Source of the DNA: Phoronis australis
Lineage: Eukaryota > Animalia > Phoronida
Length of the DNA: 61,843 nucleotides
Direction of reading: 5' to 3'
Assembly (NCBI GenBank): GCA_002633005.1
Contig: NMRA01000063.1
Location: 479,081 to 540,923, forward strand
In this document: piece by piece, positions 1-12,931 of the stretch
How positions within the stretch are numbered: position 1 is the first letter of the stretch
Layout of the letters: the number at the start of each line of letters is the position of its first letter
The notes under the pieces: generated by a model
Seen by the model: the letters and a program-made list of their open reading frames with translations, nothing else
What the model was told of the DNA's origin: nothing
Database searches by the model: none
Made by a program: the position numbers and the translations under genes

Positions 1-330
1 CTGTGCCGATTCTTAGCCTTTTACGTAAAAAATTGTAGCCTCCAGAAGCATTTGAACCTTTAAATGGAAACAAAATGGCCGCCACAGCCGCCATCTTGGA
101 TCCGATTTTGACGAAAAACAATAGGCTTCCAGTACTTCCGGAAGTACGTGTTATGTGTAAATTTCGTGATGATCGGACGAAAATTGCGACCTGTATCGTG
201 CGAACAAACAAAAAAAAAAAACAAAAAAACTTAGTGTCAGAGCAATATACTTGGCGAAATTTATTTCGCCAAGTAAAAAAAACTTGCTGTCAGAGCAACA
301 TACTTGGCGGAAGAATTCCGCCAAGTAAAA
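1..330 (-). mobile_element. HINE-like family 2, end fragment with duplicated terminal hairpin
   Basis: Highly similar to 6837-7104; hairpins tacttggcgaaat-tt-atttcgccaagta (248-275) and tacttggcggaa-gaa-ttccgccaagta (301-327). Confidence 0.7.
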
Positions 331-1823
331 ACAGAAAACTGCATTTAGAAAGATTAATAAATACTGTCCACCTGTTCGTTCAGAATACTGATTCTCAATT
401 TATTAGTGTTTGGCTAGAAATTCTTCAGGCCGAGTACGAAGAAATTAGAAAGGAATACATCGATGGTTTAATATTGAGATCTCGTGCTCAGTGGATAGAC
501 AATGGTGAAAAACCAACAACATATTTTAGTATTTAGAAAAACAGAATTTTGTTAATAAAAACATCTCAAGTTTAATAGATGACAATTGTACATTGACCTG
601 TAGTCAAAAGGGAATTCTGGAGGAAATAAAAATTTTTTACTCCAATCTTTATGCCTCAAAGGATGATCCCTTTTCCCAATATGATTTATATGCAATTTTA
701 GAAAACACTGACTCAGCAGAACTGGAAGATAGTATAAGAAATTCACTGGAAGGAAATATTACTTATGATGAAATTCTATTTGTTCTCAAAAAGATGAAAA
801 ATAATAAGACCCCAGGCCCCGATGGTTTTACAGTGAATTTTACGAAATATTTTGGTCTGATTTGAGCGATGATTTAGTTGGAGCATTTAATTGTATGTTT
901 TTACAGAATTGCCTACCCTCCGCTGTAAAACAAGGTGTTATCCAAATTATCTCAAAAGCTAATAAAACTAGGGAAGTTCTCAGAAACTGGAGGCCAATTT
1001 CATTGCTCAATAGAAACTATAAATTAATTTCAGCCTGTATTGCTGAACATGTTAAGTCTATCTTAAATTGTTGGATCCACGAAAACTAGAAAGGTTTTAT
1101 TGCTGGTAAATTCATTGATGAAAATATTCGATTAATCAATGATCTTATCCGTGCAACTGACCAATTGAATATTCCTGGATTAATGGTCCTGGTGGATTTT
1201 GAGAAGGCATTTGACTCGCCTCTTGGGTATTTTATCTACAAAAAACCCTGTCTTTTTAATTTTGGCTCAAACATCAAAAAGTGGGTATCATTGCGTAATG
1301 AGTGAGCTATGGCTTGTGTAATTCAATATGGAAAAACCTCTCAATTCTTTTAAATGGGTGGAGGTTGCAAACAAGGAGACCCTTTATCTCCCTATCTTTT
1401 TCTACGGTGTGCTGAGATTATAGGAAATCTCTTTAGGAAAAAACAAAAATATAAAGGGTAACTAGATTAGATCTCAAGAATTTAAACTAGTCCAATATGC
1501 AGATGACACTGCTATCATCCTCGATGGTTGCCAAAGATCATTTAAAAACTCTCTTGAAATACTTGACCAGTTCTTGACGTATTCAGGTCCAACTCTGAAT
1601 TCAGAAAAAATAACTTGTGTCTGGATAGGTTCTATGAGGCAAAGCAATTCAAGTTTTTTTCTGAAAAGGATATAAAATGGTCTAGCTCACAGTTTACTAT
1701 GCTCAGGATTGTTTTTTCTACTGACATCCAGGAAATGAGTAATTTAAATTTTGATCACAAGTTGGTTGATATCAAAATTAAAAAAAGGAAATTGCAAGAT
1801 GGTCAAAAAGAAACTTTAGTTAA

Positions 1824-2208
1824 AGCCTATCTTCAATGGTAAAATTGGTTCCTACAGTATGTTAAGAGCATCACTCTGAACCCACTAGTGCCATAAATTG
1901 CCAAATGTAACAAACTGTTAGGCGTATTGGCTCGCTTTTGTCTACGTCACCGCGAGAACCACCTTTTAATTCAAACAGTTGCGAATAACACCCGCAGGCA
2001 ATGGTGTTCTATTCAGACCCCTATTCAATGCCTTTTGTTGTTTGTGCTGGAATTTCGCGGTAATGCAACATGGCAGGAAAAGGCAGCTTCACTTATCATT
2101 TGACGGGCTTACACTTGCGTGATTGAACTTTGTTTTACTAAAGCTTTGCTAGGACTATCTGGTTAGCCTAATACATCTAACGTAACAAAATTCTGGTGAA
2201 GCTAGGCT
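1824..2208. mobile_element. Kolobok-like MITE inserted in the LINE
   Basis: TTAA TSDs (1820-23, 2209-12); TIR agcctatcttca / tgaagctaggct; LINE reading WSKRN..LSTLGKVT resumes across it. Confidence 0.75.
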
Positions 2209-3237
2209 TTAAGTACTCTTGGTAAAGTTACTGTGGACAAATCATTTCTTCTTCCAAAACTGATCCATGTTTTGTCATGTTTGCCAATCCCCAACAATAT
2301 GTTCTGTAAAGATTTAGAAAAACTGTTCAATTATATTTGGGGAGGAAAGTGTGACAGAATTAGTCGCAAAACCATGATTCAACATGACTTTGATGGTTGT
2401 AAAATGATAGATGTTTGCTCTTTTGTAAAGGAGGCAATTAGATAACATGGATGCGAAGGATTTTAAAAGCCACAAATTCTATAGCACGGTTAAGTCTCCT
2501 CTCAAACAATGATTTAGTATCATTGGATTGTCTAAAATTTGAGAACTATTTCTACAAACATGCCGCTTCTCAGACTGAGAACCCTTTAGGAACTATTTAA
2601 CTTGCTGTATGACTTTTTTAATATAATAGATCTGGAGGAAATACCATATCAACCAATTTCGTATTACACTTATGTTTTGATTAGTGAAGAAACTGTGTTT
2701 TGGAGAAGATGGTTTGAAATGGGTGTTTATTATATCTCAGACCTACGAGACGAGCACGGATATTTGTTATCTTTTGATGATTTTGCTAAAAGTTCAATTT
2801 TAGACGAATGTTTTTGAATTTTTATGGGTTCAGAAAGGCCGTTTGTCAAAAATTGGAAAATCTCAGAGACAAATTTTTCGTTCTATGCACCCTTTATCCC
2901 AATTTTTGTGAAATTATTACTTGCAGACAAGAAGGGTACGAAACATATATACAGCACTTTTGTGCTAAACAAATATTGTAGGCCTAGGTTTGAGATGAGG
3001 TGGCAGGCAGAACTTGCTATATCAGACACTATTGAATTGTGGAAAAATGCCTACTTTGTGAACTTTACACTTGATGTGAAACTTCGAAGGTTTCAATTTA
3101 GACTGTCATATAGGATAATCAGCTGTAACTCTTATCTTGTTACAATTGGGGTAAGTAACTCCCCCTTGTGTACGTTTTTTTAAGAGTGAACCTGAGGCTT
3201 TGCTTCACTTATACTGGCAATGTGATGTTGTTCAAAA

Positions 3238-3668
3238 TTTTTGGAACAAGGTTGAAGATTGGGTTAGAAAAAAACCCTGGGTACAAACGTACTTACGGTT
3301 TTTGGAACAAGGTTGAAGATTGGGTTAGAAAAAAACCCTGGGTACAAATGTACTTACGGTTTTTGGAACATGGTTGAAGATTGGGTTAGAAAAAAACCCT
3401 GGGTACAAATGTACTTACGGTTTTTGGAACAAGGCTGAAGATTGGGTTAGAAAAAAACCCTGGGTACAAATGTACTTACGGTTTTTGGAACAAGGTTGAA
3501 GATTGGGTTAGAAAAAAACCCTGAGTACAAATGTACTTACGGTTTTTGGAACAAGGTTGAAGATTGGGTTAGAAAAAAACCCTGGGTACAAATGTACTTA
3601 CGGTTTTTGGAATAAGGTCGAAGATTGGGTTAGAAAAAACCCTGGGTACAAATGTACTTACGGTTTTC
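3238..3668. repeat. 61-bp tandem repeat x~7 inside the LINE
   Basis: ttttggaacaaggttgaagattgggttagaaaaaaaccctgggtacaaatgtacttacggt. Confidence 0.95.
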
Positions 3669-4530
3669 TTTGGAAACAGACTGATGTAGAAGCCAACCAA
3701 TTCAAAATTTAATTTTGTGTCTTTGCAAGCTCCATTTATATAAGGAACGTCTCAATGGTAAACCTCCAAATTTAATTATACTGACAAAAGAAATTGAACT
3801 ACATTACTCCTGCAAAAAATATATTTATTCAAAAAATTTAGAAACAGAAAAGTTTACAAAGAGATGGTCACAATTGCATAATCTAATAGCTATGTGTGGA
3901 TATTTCATCACTCCAAAATACTCTCTCCCTTTTTCACAGGCATATACTAAAAGCACTGTCTTGTATGTATTTCTAAAATCCGGTTCAAGTATACATTTAA
4001 CTTAGTAAACTTTAATTTCAACGAATTGTTAAGTAAGGCAAGGGAAGCCCAGACCTTTGTCCTTGCTTATGTTGATCTGGGAGAATAAAGGAGGGAGCAG
4101 CTAACCTTGTCAGTGAGTTTTAATAAAAGGAGGCTGATGCTTGTATGTAACAGTCATGAATGACAACTAATTTGCACAGACCTAAATAGGACACGTCTTT
4201 AAAGATACTCTCTTTGCTTTTCAGCTGAAAACTACACACAATTAATTTGAGCTCAAACCAATCTAATTTAAACTTATTTCCATTTGATGTTCTTCAAAGA
4301 TGTAATCAAATGTGTTTGAAATAACTAGAATCCTATAGAAACTTATCAAAATAATTTTTGAATTTCTGGTGTTTAAACAACAAAAAGGCCACTACAATTG
4401 AATATGACTGAAGAACACTAAAAACTCATTTACATGCAGGCTTGTAACTTACATTTAAGTGATGTTTCTAAACTCATAAAACTCTTTACATGTAATAAAT
4501 TGGTGAAAATTACTACACAAACACAACAGA

Positions 4531-4648
4531 ACTGCCATTTACTTGGCACAGTACTGCCATTTACTTGGCACAGTACTGACATTTACTTTGCACAGTACTG
4601 ACATTTACTTGGCACAGTACTGACATTTACTTGGCACAGTATTGACAT
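4531..4648. repeat. 22-bp tandem repeat x~5
   Basis: actg(c/a)catttacttggcacagt. Confidence 0.9.
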
Positions 4649-4677
4649 CATCACTAACTGAAGAAAAATCTACTAAC

Positions 4678-4701
4678 CTATGCTGCCCTTGCCTTTGTTG
4701 C

Positions 4702-4737
<36 letters not shown>

Positions 4738-5310
4738 ATCTGTCATCATCACCATATCTGTCATCATCTTGACCGTTGTCTTCCACGTTGCCATTGGTAG
4801 GACCTCTATACTCCTTATCCTCATTGAGTCCATCTTCGTCATTGTTATCACTGCCGTCATTCACATCCCCTTCCTGTGACTTTATTACATAATAATCATC
4901 GTCATCTTGTACTGGTTCATCATTATCCTCGACAGCATCACCCTCATTGTCACTGACATCGCCCCCTAGTGACTCCATGATGAAATACTCATCAGCTTCT
5001 TTACCTAAATTATAATCCATACCGTCGCCGGTGTCACTGTCATGTGACTCCATGACACGATAGTCTTCGTCAACTTTTATTGGTGCATTACCACCATTGC
5101 TATCCGTATCATCATTATCGATATCATCCTCTAGGGACTCCATGATGTGGTACTCTGCGTCATCCTTTATTTGTACATCATCACCATTATCATCGTCATC
5201 ATCATCATCGTCACTGACATCATTCCCATGTGACTTAATGACATAGTCAGTACTGTCCTTTAATGTCACTTTTCCATTAGTAGCTATGTCTTCATCACCA
5301 GTGATGGGCT
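4678..5310 (-). CDS. Exon 3 of unknown - strand gene: Asp-rich region with internal repeats; gene probably continues beyond position 1
   Basis: tgtgttttag acceptor, G|gttagt donor, 633 nt phase 1/1, within ORF 4673..5344. Confidence 0.65.
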
Positions 5311-5357
5311 CTAAAACACAAACAGTATAATCATACCAAGCCAATAATCAAGTGATG

Positions 5358-7107
5358 AAAGCGCTCCGAAGAGCGAAACTTGGCGAAATTAACCAAAAAA
5401 CCAAGTTAGAGATGACCAGAAAAGACGACAGAGATGATGACGAAGATGAAAGCTATGACGACGATGGTGGCGATGATGGACAATGCAAGTTATGATATCA
5501 TTCATATGACGAACGCAGAGGTCAGAAATCACTAAGAAATAGGCTACAGTCTTGAGCGATACTTGGCGAAATTAACTGAAGAAAAGACGACGTCGGAGAT
5601 GATGACGAAGATGACAAATATTATGATGGTGGTGGAGATGATGAACATCATAACATTCATATGACGAACTTAGATGTCATAAATCAATAAGAAATAGGCT
5701 ACAGTCTTGTTCAATAGAAGCTAAACCAACATCAACACAGCAAGAGCGCTCAAGAAAGCAGGGCTTGGAATGACCAATGACAAAAAACGCGGAAACTTTG
5801 AAACTTTTACGGCCCAAATCATGCCCGATAACCAGCCTTGAAATGATCAATGTGAAACTTTCCCCGACAAAAATCGGGAGGACTAAAAAAAAAAAAACAA
5901 CAACGTTACCATCATCAGTAGCATGCGTCTGCGTCCTTTTAGCTCGCCCGTCCACTCCCAACCCACACATTTTTGGCTGCAGAGCGGTAGTATTTGTCGC
6001 CGCACTTAACAATAACACGAGACGCCATTGAACATCCCACCACGTTGTCCCAGATGCCCCGGCAATGTTGACAATTTATGTTCCTCCGAAACATAAAGAG
6101 CAACTTCCGCTTTTCGAGGTGAACGTCGTCTGCCAACGCCGCAGTAAGAAAGGAATTTGCCGCGGAAATTTTATATCAAATCCGATTTTTTTACGCGGAA
6201 ATATTATAAAAAAAGCGGAAAGCACATTTGAAAAAAGCGGAAATCCACGTTTCCGCGGAAAATTCCAAGCCCTGAGAAAGGAACAGCGTTATCAGAAAAT
6301 CTCAAACAACTCGAAAAGTAGACGTCCTAGCGAAAAATGGAAAACATCTTCTGAAAGCCCGTTCAAAACTTTATCTAATTTAATAGTATCACACAATTCC
6401 GTAAATTTTTTGAAAAAAATGAAATTTTCTGTTTTTTAAAAGAAATTCAAAGTCAATTATCTCGAAAACGGTAAGTCTGAGAAAAAATTGTAACAGTTCA
6501 TTTGATAGAGTATACCTCAGACAATCCACATGTAAAAATTCAGTGCACGTCATTTCCTCATACTGTTTAAATGGCACGTCAGCACGACTGAAAATGGGTC
6601 AACTTGCGCCAGATCCATCATCTTGAAAGCAACTTCTGGTTTTTTGGCTTAATAGCAAGTCATAAGAAACTAATATCTGCAAAAATTCAAAGGAATTGGC
6701 CCAATAATGCGCCCTCTACAGGAGAAAACATTTTTTCCCAAAATCGAGGTGCGCATGTGCGAGTGCCAATATTTCCGCCATCTTTAAACGGAAGTAAATT
6801 TCCGGTACACATGTAGTGCACATCCGGGCCAATAATTGTGCTGAGTTTCAGTTTCAGCCCTTTTACGTAAAAAATTGTAGTCTCCAGAAGCCTTTGAATC
6901 TTAAAATGAAAGCAAAATGGCTGCCACAGCTGCCATCTTGGATCCGATTATGACGAAAAACAATAGGCTTCCAGTAATTCCGGAACTATGAGTTATGTGT
7001 AAATTTTGTGATGATCGGACGAAAATTGCGACCTGTATCGTGCGAACAAAAAAAAAAACTTGATGGAAGAGCACCATACTTGGCGAAATAAATTTCGCCA
7101 AGTAACA
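5358..7107 (-). mobile_element. HINE-like family 2 copy
   Basis: Stem-loop cgctccgaagagcg + subTIR acttggcgaaat at ~5363-5389; terminal hairpin at 7077-7104; internal ~180-bp duplication (5378-5709). Confidence 0.6.
5759..6274. mobile_element. MITE with 13-bp TIR nested in HINE family 2
   Basis: cagggcttggaat / attccaagccctg; 6-bp direct flank agaaag (5753-58, 6275-80); subterminal gcggaaa repeats. Confidence 0.75.
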
Positions 7108-7495
7108 ATAATCAGACCTAGCCACCAATCAGCTGACAACTCCTTAAACCACAATGCATTTGCTTCTGGCAATGCTTAATGTCACTGAACTTAAAAACTA
7201 TACAGAGTGGTGTTTAGTTAACGCTATCTGGCGCCGTCAGAAAATTTGTTTTTAACACCAAAACATGGTATATAGCAACTTTTTAATCTTGAGAGCATCA
7301 CATCCTGTTTAATGACACACCTTTCACAATGAAGGGCTGAAAAAGATGCGAGATGCTATTCAAGCTTCAGTTCATGTCATCCCAGTTGACAGATATTTCA
7401 TTACTTGAATAATCCGCTTACAAGGAAAACACGCATTTCTAATGATATGGGGGAACTTTCACCGCTGGTCATTCAGCAGTGCTCTGAGCGGCATT

Positions 7496-8267
7496 CACCA
7501 GGATCATAGAGTGAGTGTACCAGGATCATAGAGTGAGTGCACCAGGATCATAGAGTGAGTGTACCAGGATCATAGAGTGGGTGTACCAGGATCATAGAGT
7601 GGGTGTACCAGGATCATAGAGTGGGTGTACCAGGATCATAGAGTGAGTGCACCAGGATCATAGAGTGGGTGTACCAGGATCATAGAGTGAGTGTACCAGG
7701 ATCATGGAGTGAGTGTACCAGGATCATAGAGTGGGTGTACCAGGATCATAGGCTGGGTGTACCAGGATCATAGAGTGAGTGTACCAGGATCATAGAGTGA
7801 GTGTACCAGGATCATAGAGTGGGCGCACCAGGATCATAGAGTGGGTGCACCAGGATCATAGAGTGGGTGTACCAGGATCAGAGTGAGTGTACCAGGATCA
7901 TAGAGCGGGTGTACCAGGATCATAGAGTGAGTGTACCAAGATCATAGAGTGAGTGTACCAGGATCATAGAGTGAGTGTACCAGGATCATAGAGTGGGTGC
8001 ACCAGGATCATAGAATGAGTGTACCAGGATCATAGAGTGAGTGTACCAGGATCATAGAGTGGGTGTACCAGGATCAGAGTGAGTGTACCAGGATCATAGA
8101 GCGGGTGTACCAGGATCATAGAGTGAGTGTACCAAGATCATAGAGTGAGTGTACCAGGATCATAGAGTGAGTGTACCAGGATCATAGAGTGGGTGCACCA
8201 GGATCATAGAATGAGTGTACCAGGATCATAGAGTGAGTGTACCAGGATCATAGAGTGGGTGTACCAG
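7496..8267. repeat. 22-bp minisatellite x~35
   Basis: taccaggatcatagagtg(a/g)gtg. Confidence 0.97.
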
Positions 8268-8502
8268 AGTCTGACAAAGTTGTGATGATTGCATTGTCCT
8301 GTGCGAGCCTAAATTTTCTAGCCATAAACTGTAGTGAACATCTCTGCCTATATCTACTGACAAATTTTCAAAATGCATAAACCATAATTTTCATTAAAAG
8401 CAAACATTACGGCATTTTGAGTTGTAAAATCAACTCAAGCATGGTTTTCGATTTTTAAAAATCAATGGATATTACAAAGATTGGCTATGGATTGAAGAGT
8501 AA

Positions 8503-8842
8503 CGACCATGGGTATTGATATACTTGGAAGGATTTACATACGACGATGGGTATTGATATACTTGGGAGGATTTACATACGACGATGGGTATTGATATACT
8601 TGGGAGGATTTACATACGACGATGGGTATTGATATACCTGGGAGGATTTACATACGACGATGGGTATTGATATACTTGGGAGGATTTACATACGACCATG
8701 GGTATTGATATACTTGGGAGGATTTACATACGACGATGGATATTGATATACTTGGGAGGATTTACATACGACCGTGGGCATTGATATACTTGGGAGGATT
8801 TACATACGACCGTGGGTATTGATATACTTGGAAGGATTTACA
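8503..8842. repeat. 38-bp minisatellite x~9
   Basis: cgacgatgggtattgatatacttgggaggatttacata. Confidence 0.95.
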
Positions 8843-9912
8843 AACGCTTACCGTTATTAATACTATCACATTGTTTATTCTTTTAGAACAACAAATAAGA
8901 ACACAGTGACAAAATCAGATGTCAGAAGCTTTTAAAACAGTGCTCATAGCGCAGTATGTTCAACTATTTCATTCGAGGAGTAACATGCTAACTGGAAAAC
9001 TGTGATATTCACAAGACTGCCAAATAAAGGTAATCCGTTGGCGATGAAACACATGTTGTAAAGAATATGGTTAAGTTCCAAGTCAATGAGAAATTCAAAC
9101 AATAGATGAGGTGGGTCGGTGGGCGAGAGCTGATTTCACTGATCATCAAAATCTGCCACTGTTTTGACACTTCAAGCTTAAAAATAAAATGAAGAGATAG
9201 CAACCGGGCAAGAAACAAAACAAGACTAAATAAAATGATGTAAACTAGTATGAAGCATACTTAAAACCAACTGTAACTGGGAAGTGGTAGTTTGTCAAGA
9301 TGAAAGCAAGTTACTGTTTTTAGTTATCTTGTAATAATTAAAACGTACCAAATCAAAACCGTATGTTTGATATTTTTGGCTGAAGATCTATGCAAACAGC
9401 ACAGAAAACAAATTTTGGTGAGACAAAAACCACCATTGTTGAGAAGGTAGTGCTCTCTGACGCAGAACCACCTATACTAAAAAGTGACCCTGTAGAAACA
9501 TGATGAACAACACATGGAATTCCATGTGGGTATCGTGCAACTTCATAATTCCAACCTTCAATTCAAGCAAATTTGACAATAAAAAAATAATAAATCCAAT
9601 TGTATGTTGGCAGCAACTCAAAAATATGAATTGCAATTTGTAATAGTTTAATTGAAAGGTATTTTTCCGACTTTCAACCAATGGGAATGACTGAATGTTG
9701 TGACGTTGGTTTCATTACTTTAACCAAAGAAAAGTCAAGTCAAATAACATTTGACAGTGCTTGCTAACTTTCCTAGCACTTGGAAAGAGTGTAAGGGATT
9801 AATAGTACATTTCCCATCATTAGCTTATAGCTACATGAATACAGAGATGACCAGTGTAAGCAGACATTCTCCTCCTACTGAATGAAGGACTGTTACCTTT
9901 CACAATACTAAC

Positions 9913-10071
9913 TTTGTTCACTTTCTTCAACAAATCCTGGGGTACTCTTAGTTACACTGGCTTCTGTATCCTGCAATTCAATTTTCAGTACAGACTGTGA
10001 CAAATTCTTCAGTGGTTGCTGGATAGTTTTCTCCTCAAACACCAGGTGGGACCCAGGTTCATTCATGGTAC
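9913..10071 (-). CDS. Exon 2 of unknown - strand gene (GTMNEPGSHL...EESEQ)
   Basis: ttgcttcacag acceptor, A|gttagt donor, 159 nt phase 1/1, lies within ORF 9908..10114. Confidence 0.5.
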
Positions 10072-10293
10072 CTGTGAAGCAATTGAACAAGGTGGTGAGA
10101 TCATGAGGTATCAAACTTTGATGCGTTCTAAATGGGGGTACTCCAAGTTAACTAGGTGGCCCTTTTGCCACAGTTAGAGACCTACCCACAGAAATGCAAT
10201 TAATTGGACAATTACATTGAAATGAGGTTTAATTAACAAGTGAAATAAAAATGTTAAACCAGCGTGGAAATGAATATCACAAACATTTCTAAA

Positions 10294-10557
10294 TCAGCAC
10301 ACCACATGTGGCGACATCATGTGACCTAAAGAACATCTGAAGAGTTTGGTCCGCACACCACATGTGGCGACATAATGTGACCTAATGAACATCTGAAGAG
10401 TTCTGCCCCAAACGGAGCTTCTGCTAACCATGCAGGTACTCTGATCCATTGACCTAACACAAGTCCAATCACACTTGGTAGTGGGCATCTGGCCCTTGAA
10501 CTCCTTTCAGATCTATTTTCATTAGGTCATGTGATGTGGCTACAGGTGGCGTGCTGA
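10294..10557. mobile_element. Degenerate MITE
   Basis: ~36-bp imperfect inverted ends tcagcacaccacatgtggcgacatcatgtgacctaa / ttaggtcatgtgatgtggctacaggtggcgtgctga. Confidence 0.5.
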
Positions 10558-10722
10558 CCACTCAGAAATTTTTGTGATAAGTGAAATATGCCTAATAAAG
10601 AAATCAAAGCTATTAACATGAAATTTGCTGAAATCACATCATAAAATAGGTCAAAATGTTAACTTAAAAGGATACTAAACCCTGTTTTGATGATTTCCAC
10701 CAATCCGTTTCGTCACCTATTA

Positions 10723-12931
10723 CCGTAAACGTTCGGGTTAACGCCCTGGGCGGTTAAATTGGCGAACCCAAAAAATTGGGGGTGGGCGGTTAACCAGACA
10801 TGGGCGCTTAAACATGAAATTTCAAGAAATCGCGGGTGGGCGGTTAACCGAACATGGGCGGTTATTACGACAGACAACCGGGGTGGGCGGTTAATCTTAC
10901 CTCATGATCCCAGTTCCCACACGTAGTTGGAACGCGTAGCACTTTTCCGAGCTTTATCGCCACGTTGCCAAATGACGGTAAAAATGTCATAACAGTGAAT
11001 GATCCCAACAAAGGTTCTGTTGCCCTCAGATAATCATTTCAGTTAAACAAAATTGCTGAGTAATAGCCCGTGCCGTCCTGCGGTCTTGTTTGAGCTGTAC
11101 CTGTAGAGCGCAGACGACAGCTTCACTTGGATTGCAACTATCCTCACTGACGTGAAGACAGCGCAAAGTGCGCGTGTGCAAGCTTCACGTGCTGCATAGG
11201 TCACAGCAGTCATGTGTTAGCTGTCAAGTTTTGAGTTAGAGAGCAGTTTTAAATTGTTTGTAATTAAAGTTTGAAAAACTAAGTCAGGTGCTTTTTGTGT
11301 TTGGGATGTTTATGTTTGAGACTCCGTAATTCAACGACATTTTCATCGTAAGGTTCTACGGCTGTTTTATTTTGATCGCCAGGCGGAGGTAGGCAGACAT
11401 AAGCCAGTCGTCAATCAAGTTACCGCAAAGGCATTACTCAAAAACAAGTACGGGTACTTAAGATTTTAATTTCAAAAAATACTAACACTAGTAATGAACC
11501 CGTACAGGAGAGTCTGAGAAAGAAGTAGTTCATACATGTACCTGCGTCGGTAAAACTAATTCGAAGAAGAAGCCCCATTATTCGGGTAACCGGCACCAGT
11601 GTTTTCAAGGTACCTAAACTACACCGTTAACGGACTCATAAACACGTCACGGACGCATGAACACGACTCACGGACCTGCGAACACCGTCCACTGACTCAC
11701 AAAACCCAATCCATTCACCCAAATACACGGGACACGGACTCATATTCACGAGGAAACTCGGTTAACGGACCGCCAAACACGGGTCACGGACTCATCGGCT
11801 TCCTGGGTCAGCTGACATCTTCATTTTGTCTGTTAACTGTGTTTCTTCGTGAATGTGAGTCCGTGTCCCGTGTATTTCGGTGAATGGAACGCGTTTAGTC
11901 GTAACATGCGACCTGGAATTTCCAATGTACGGACTACGGCATACATGTGATAAAACGTCACAAAACAGCGATGTTTCTATTCATTGTTAAACGAACCAAA
12001 TTTTGTGGCGGAAAACACATTTTTATTTTACATGCAAGATTTCCAGGTTATCCTTTTATAACATCACCTACAATATCATACTGCGACACTGTTCGGTCCC
12101 GCTGTTTGCGCGCAATGTCCCGGCAAACAATCGCGACTTGGAAATGGCGGCAAGTAACTTGATATAACAGCCTGATTCAACATGCATCTCGTTAGTTATA
12201 GCAGGACGACAGCAAACAAATTCTCAAGACATTCTTCACCTGTCACTCACATATGCAGTCAAGGTAACTTGCACTCCAGAGCGTGGGAACTCGCACGCAC
12301 ACCAAAGTCGCACATCAAAAGAGAACAGCGACAGTACTAAGTATAAGAGAATACAGGGTTGACTTTAGGTTTAAGCTGACCGGGTGTTTAATTGACACTG
12401 AACTTGGGCCTCCTGCTGCTTCAAAAAACCAATGTATCCCAAAACTGCGACGCGAAGTCTCAGTTCTGATAATTCACGGCTCGATGCTCCCTAGGCCCCA
12501 GGGGTTCACCCCTTCCACAGCTGCCAATTTAGCATTGCAGACAGAAACTTTGTGAACATGGGAAGAAAATAAAGTGACAAAGCGTTCAAGGTATTACATT
12601 TTGAAGTAAATCCATGACCCGGGACAATAATTTGTTACTTGTATTATAATTCACATTGCCAAACCACCATCTCCAAGGCTGTCATTGCATTCTTTCTTAT
12701 CATCGATTTTTTATCTAAAAATGGGTAATCGCGCGTTTCCTTAGCACTGGGCGCGTAATCATCAATCTTCAAAAGGGATGGCCGCTTAACCGAGAGGTGG
12801 GCGCTTAACTAGAAATCTTCAAAAATCGCAGAGGGGCAGTTAACCGAGCAGTGGGCGGTTAAATCGGTAATCCACCTAAAGTAGGGGATAGACGGTTAAG
12901 TGAACATGGGCGTACACCGGAACGTTTACTG
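10723..12931. mobile_element. Non-autonomous Tc1/mariner(pogo)-like element
   Basis: TA TSDs; TIR ccgtaaacgttcggg / ccggaacgtttactg; subterminal gggcggttaa repeats at both ends. Confidence 0.75.

Larger units (their letters stand above)
330..3900 (+). mobile_element. Decayed L1/Tx1-type non-LTR retrotransposon ORF2 (RT + C-terminal Zn region)
   Basis: Frameshifted fragments RSRAQWIDNGEKPT, KTPGPDGFTV, NWRPISLLN, VDFEKAFDS, QGDPLSPYLF, QYADDT (~1493-1510), and C..HLYWQC near 3165-3225. Confidence 0.92.

Noticed and set aside
75-536. 153-aa ORF
   Set aside because: Chance fusion of HINE family 2 sequence and a LINE ORF2 fragment.
4678-4860. Poly-Met ORF
   Set aside because: Alternative frame of the (GAT)n poly-Asp tract.
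4678-5310. Calling the acidic gene aspein-like or LARP7
   Set aside because: No signal peptide and no La/RRM motif visible; acidity or synteny alone is insufficient.
7496-8267. CRISPR-like appearance of this and other short-period arrays
   Set aside because: Units are contiguous with no unique spacers, there are no cas genes and the context is eukaryotic; these are minisatellites.
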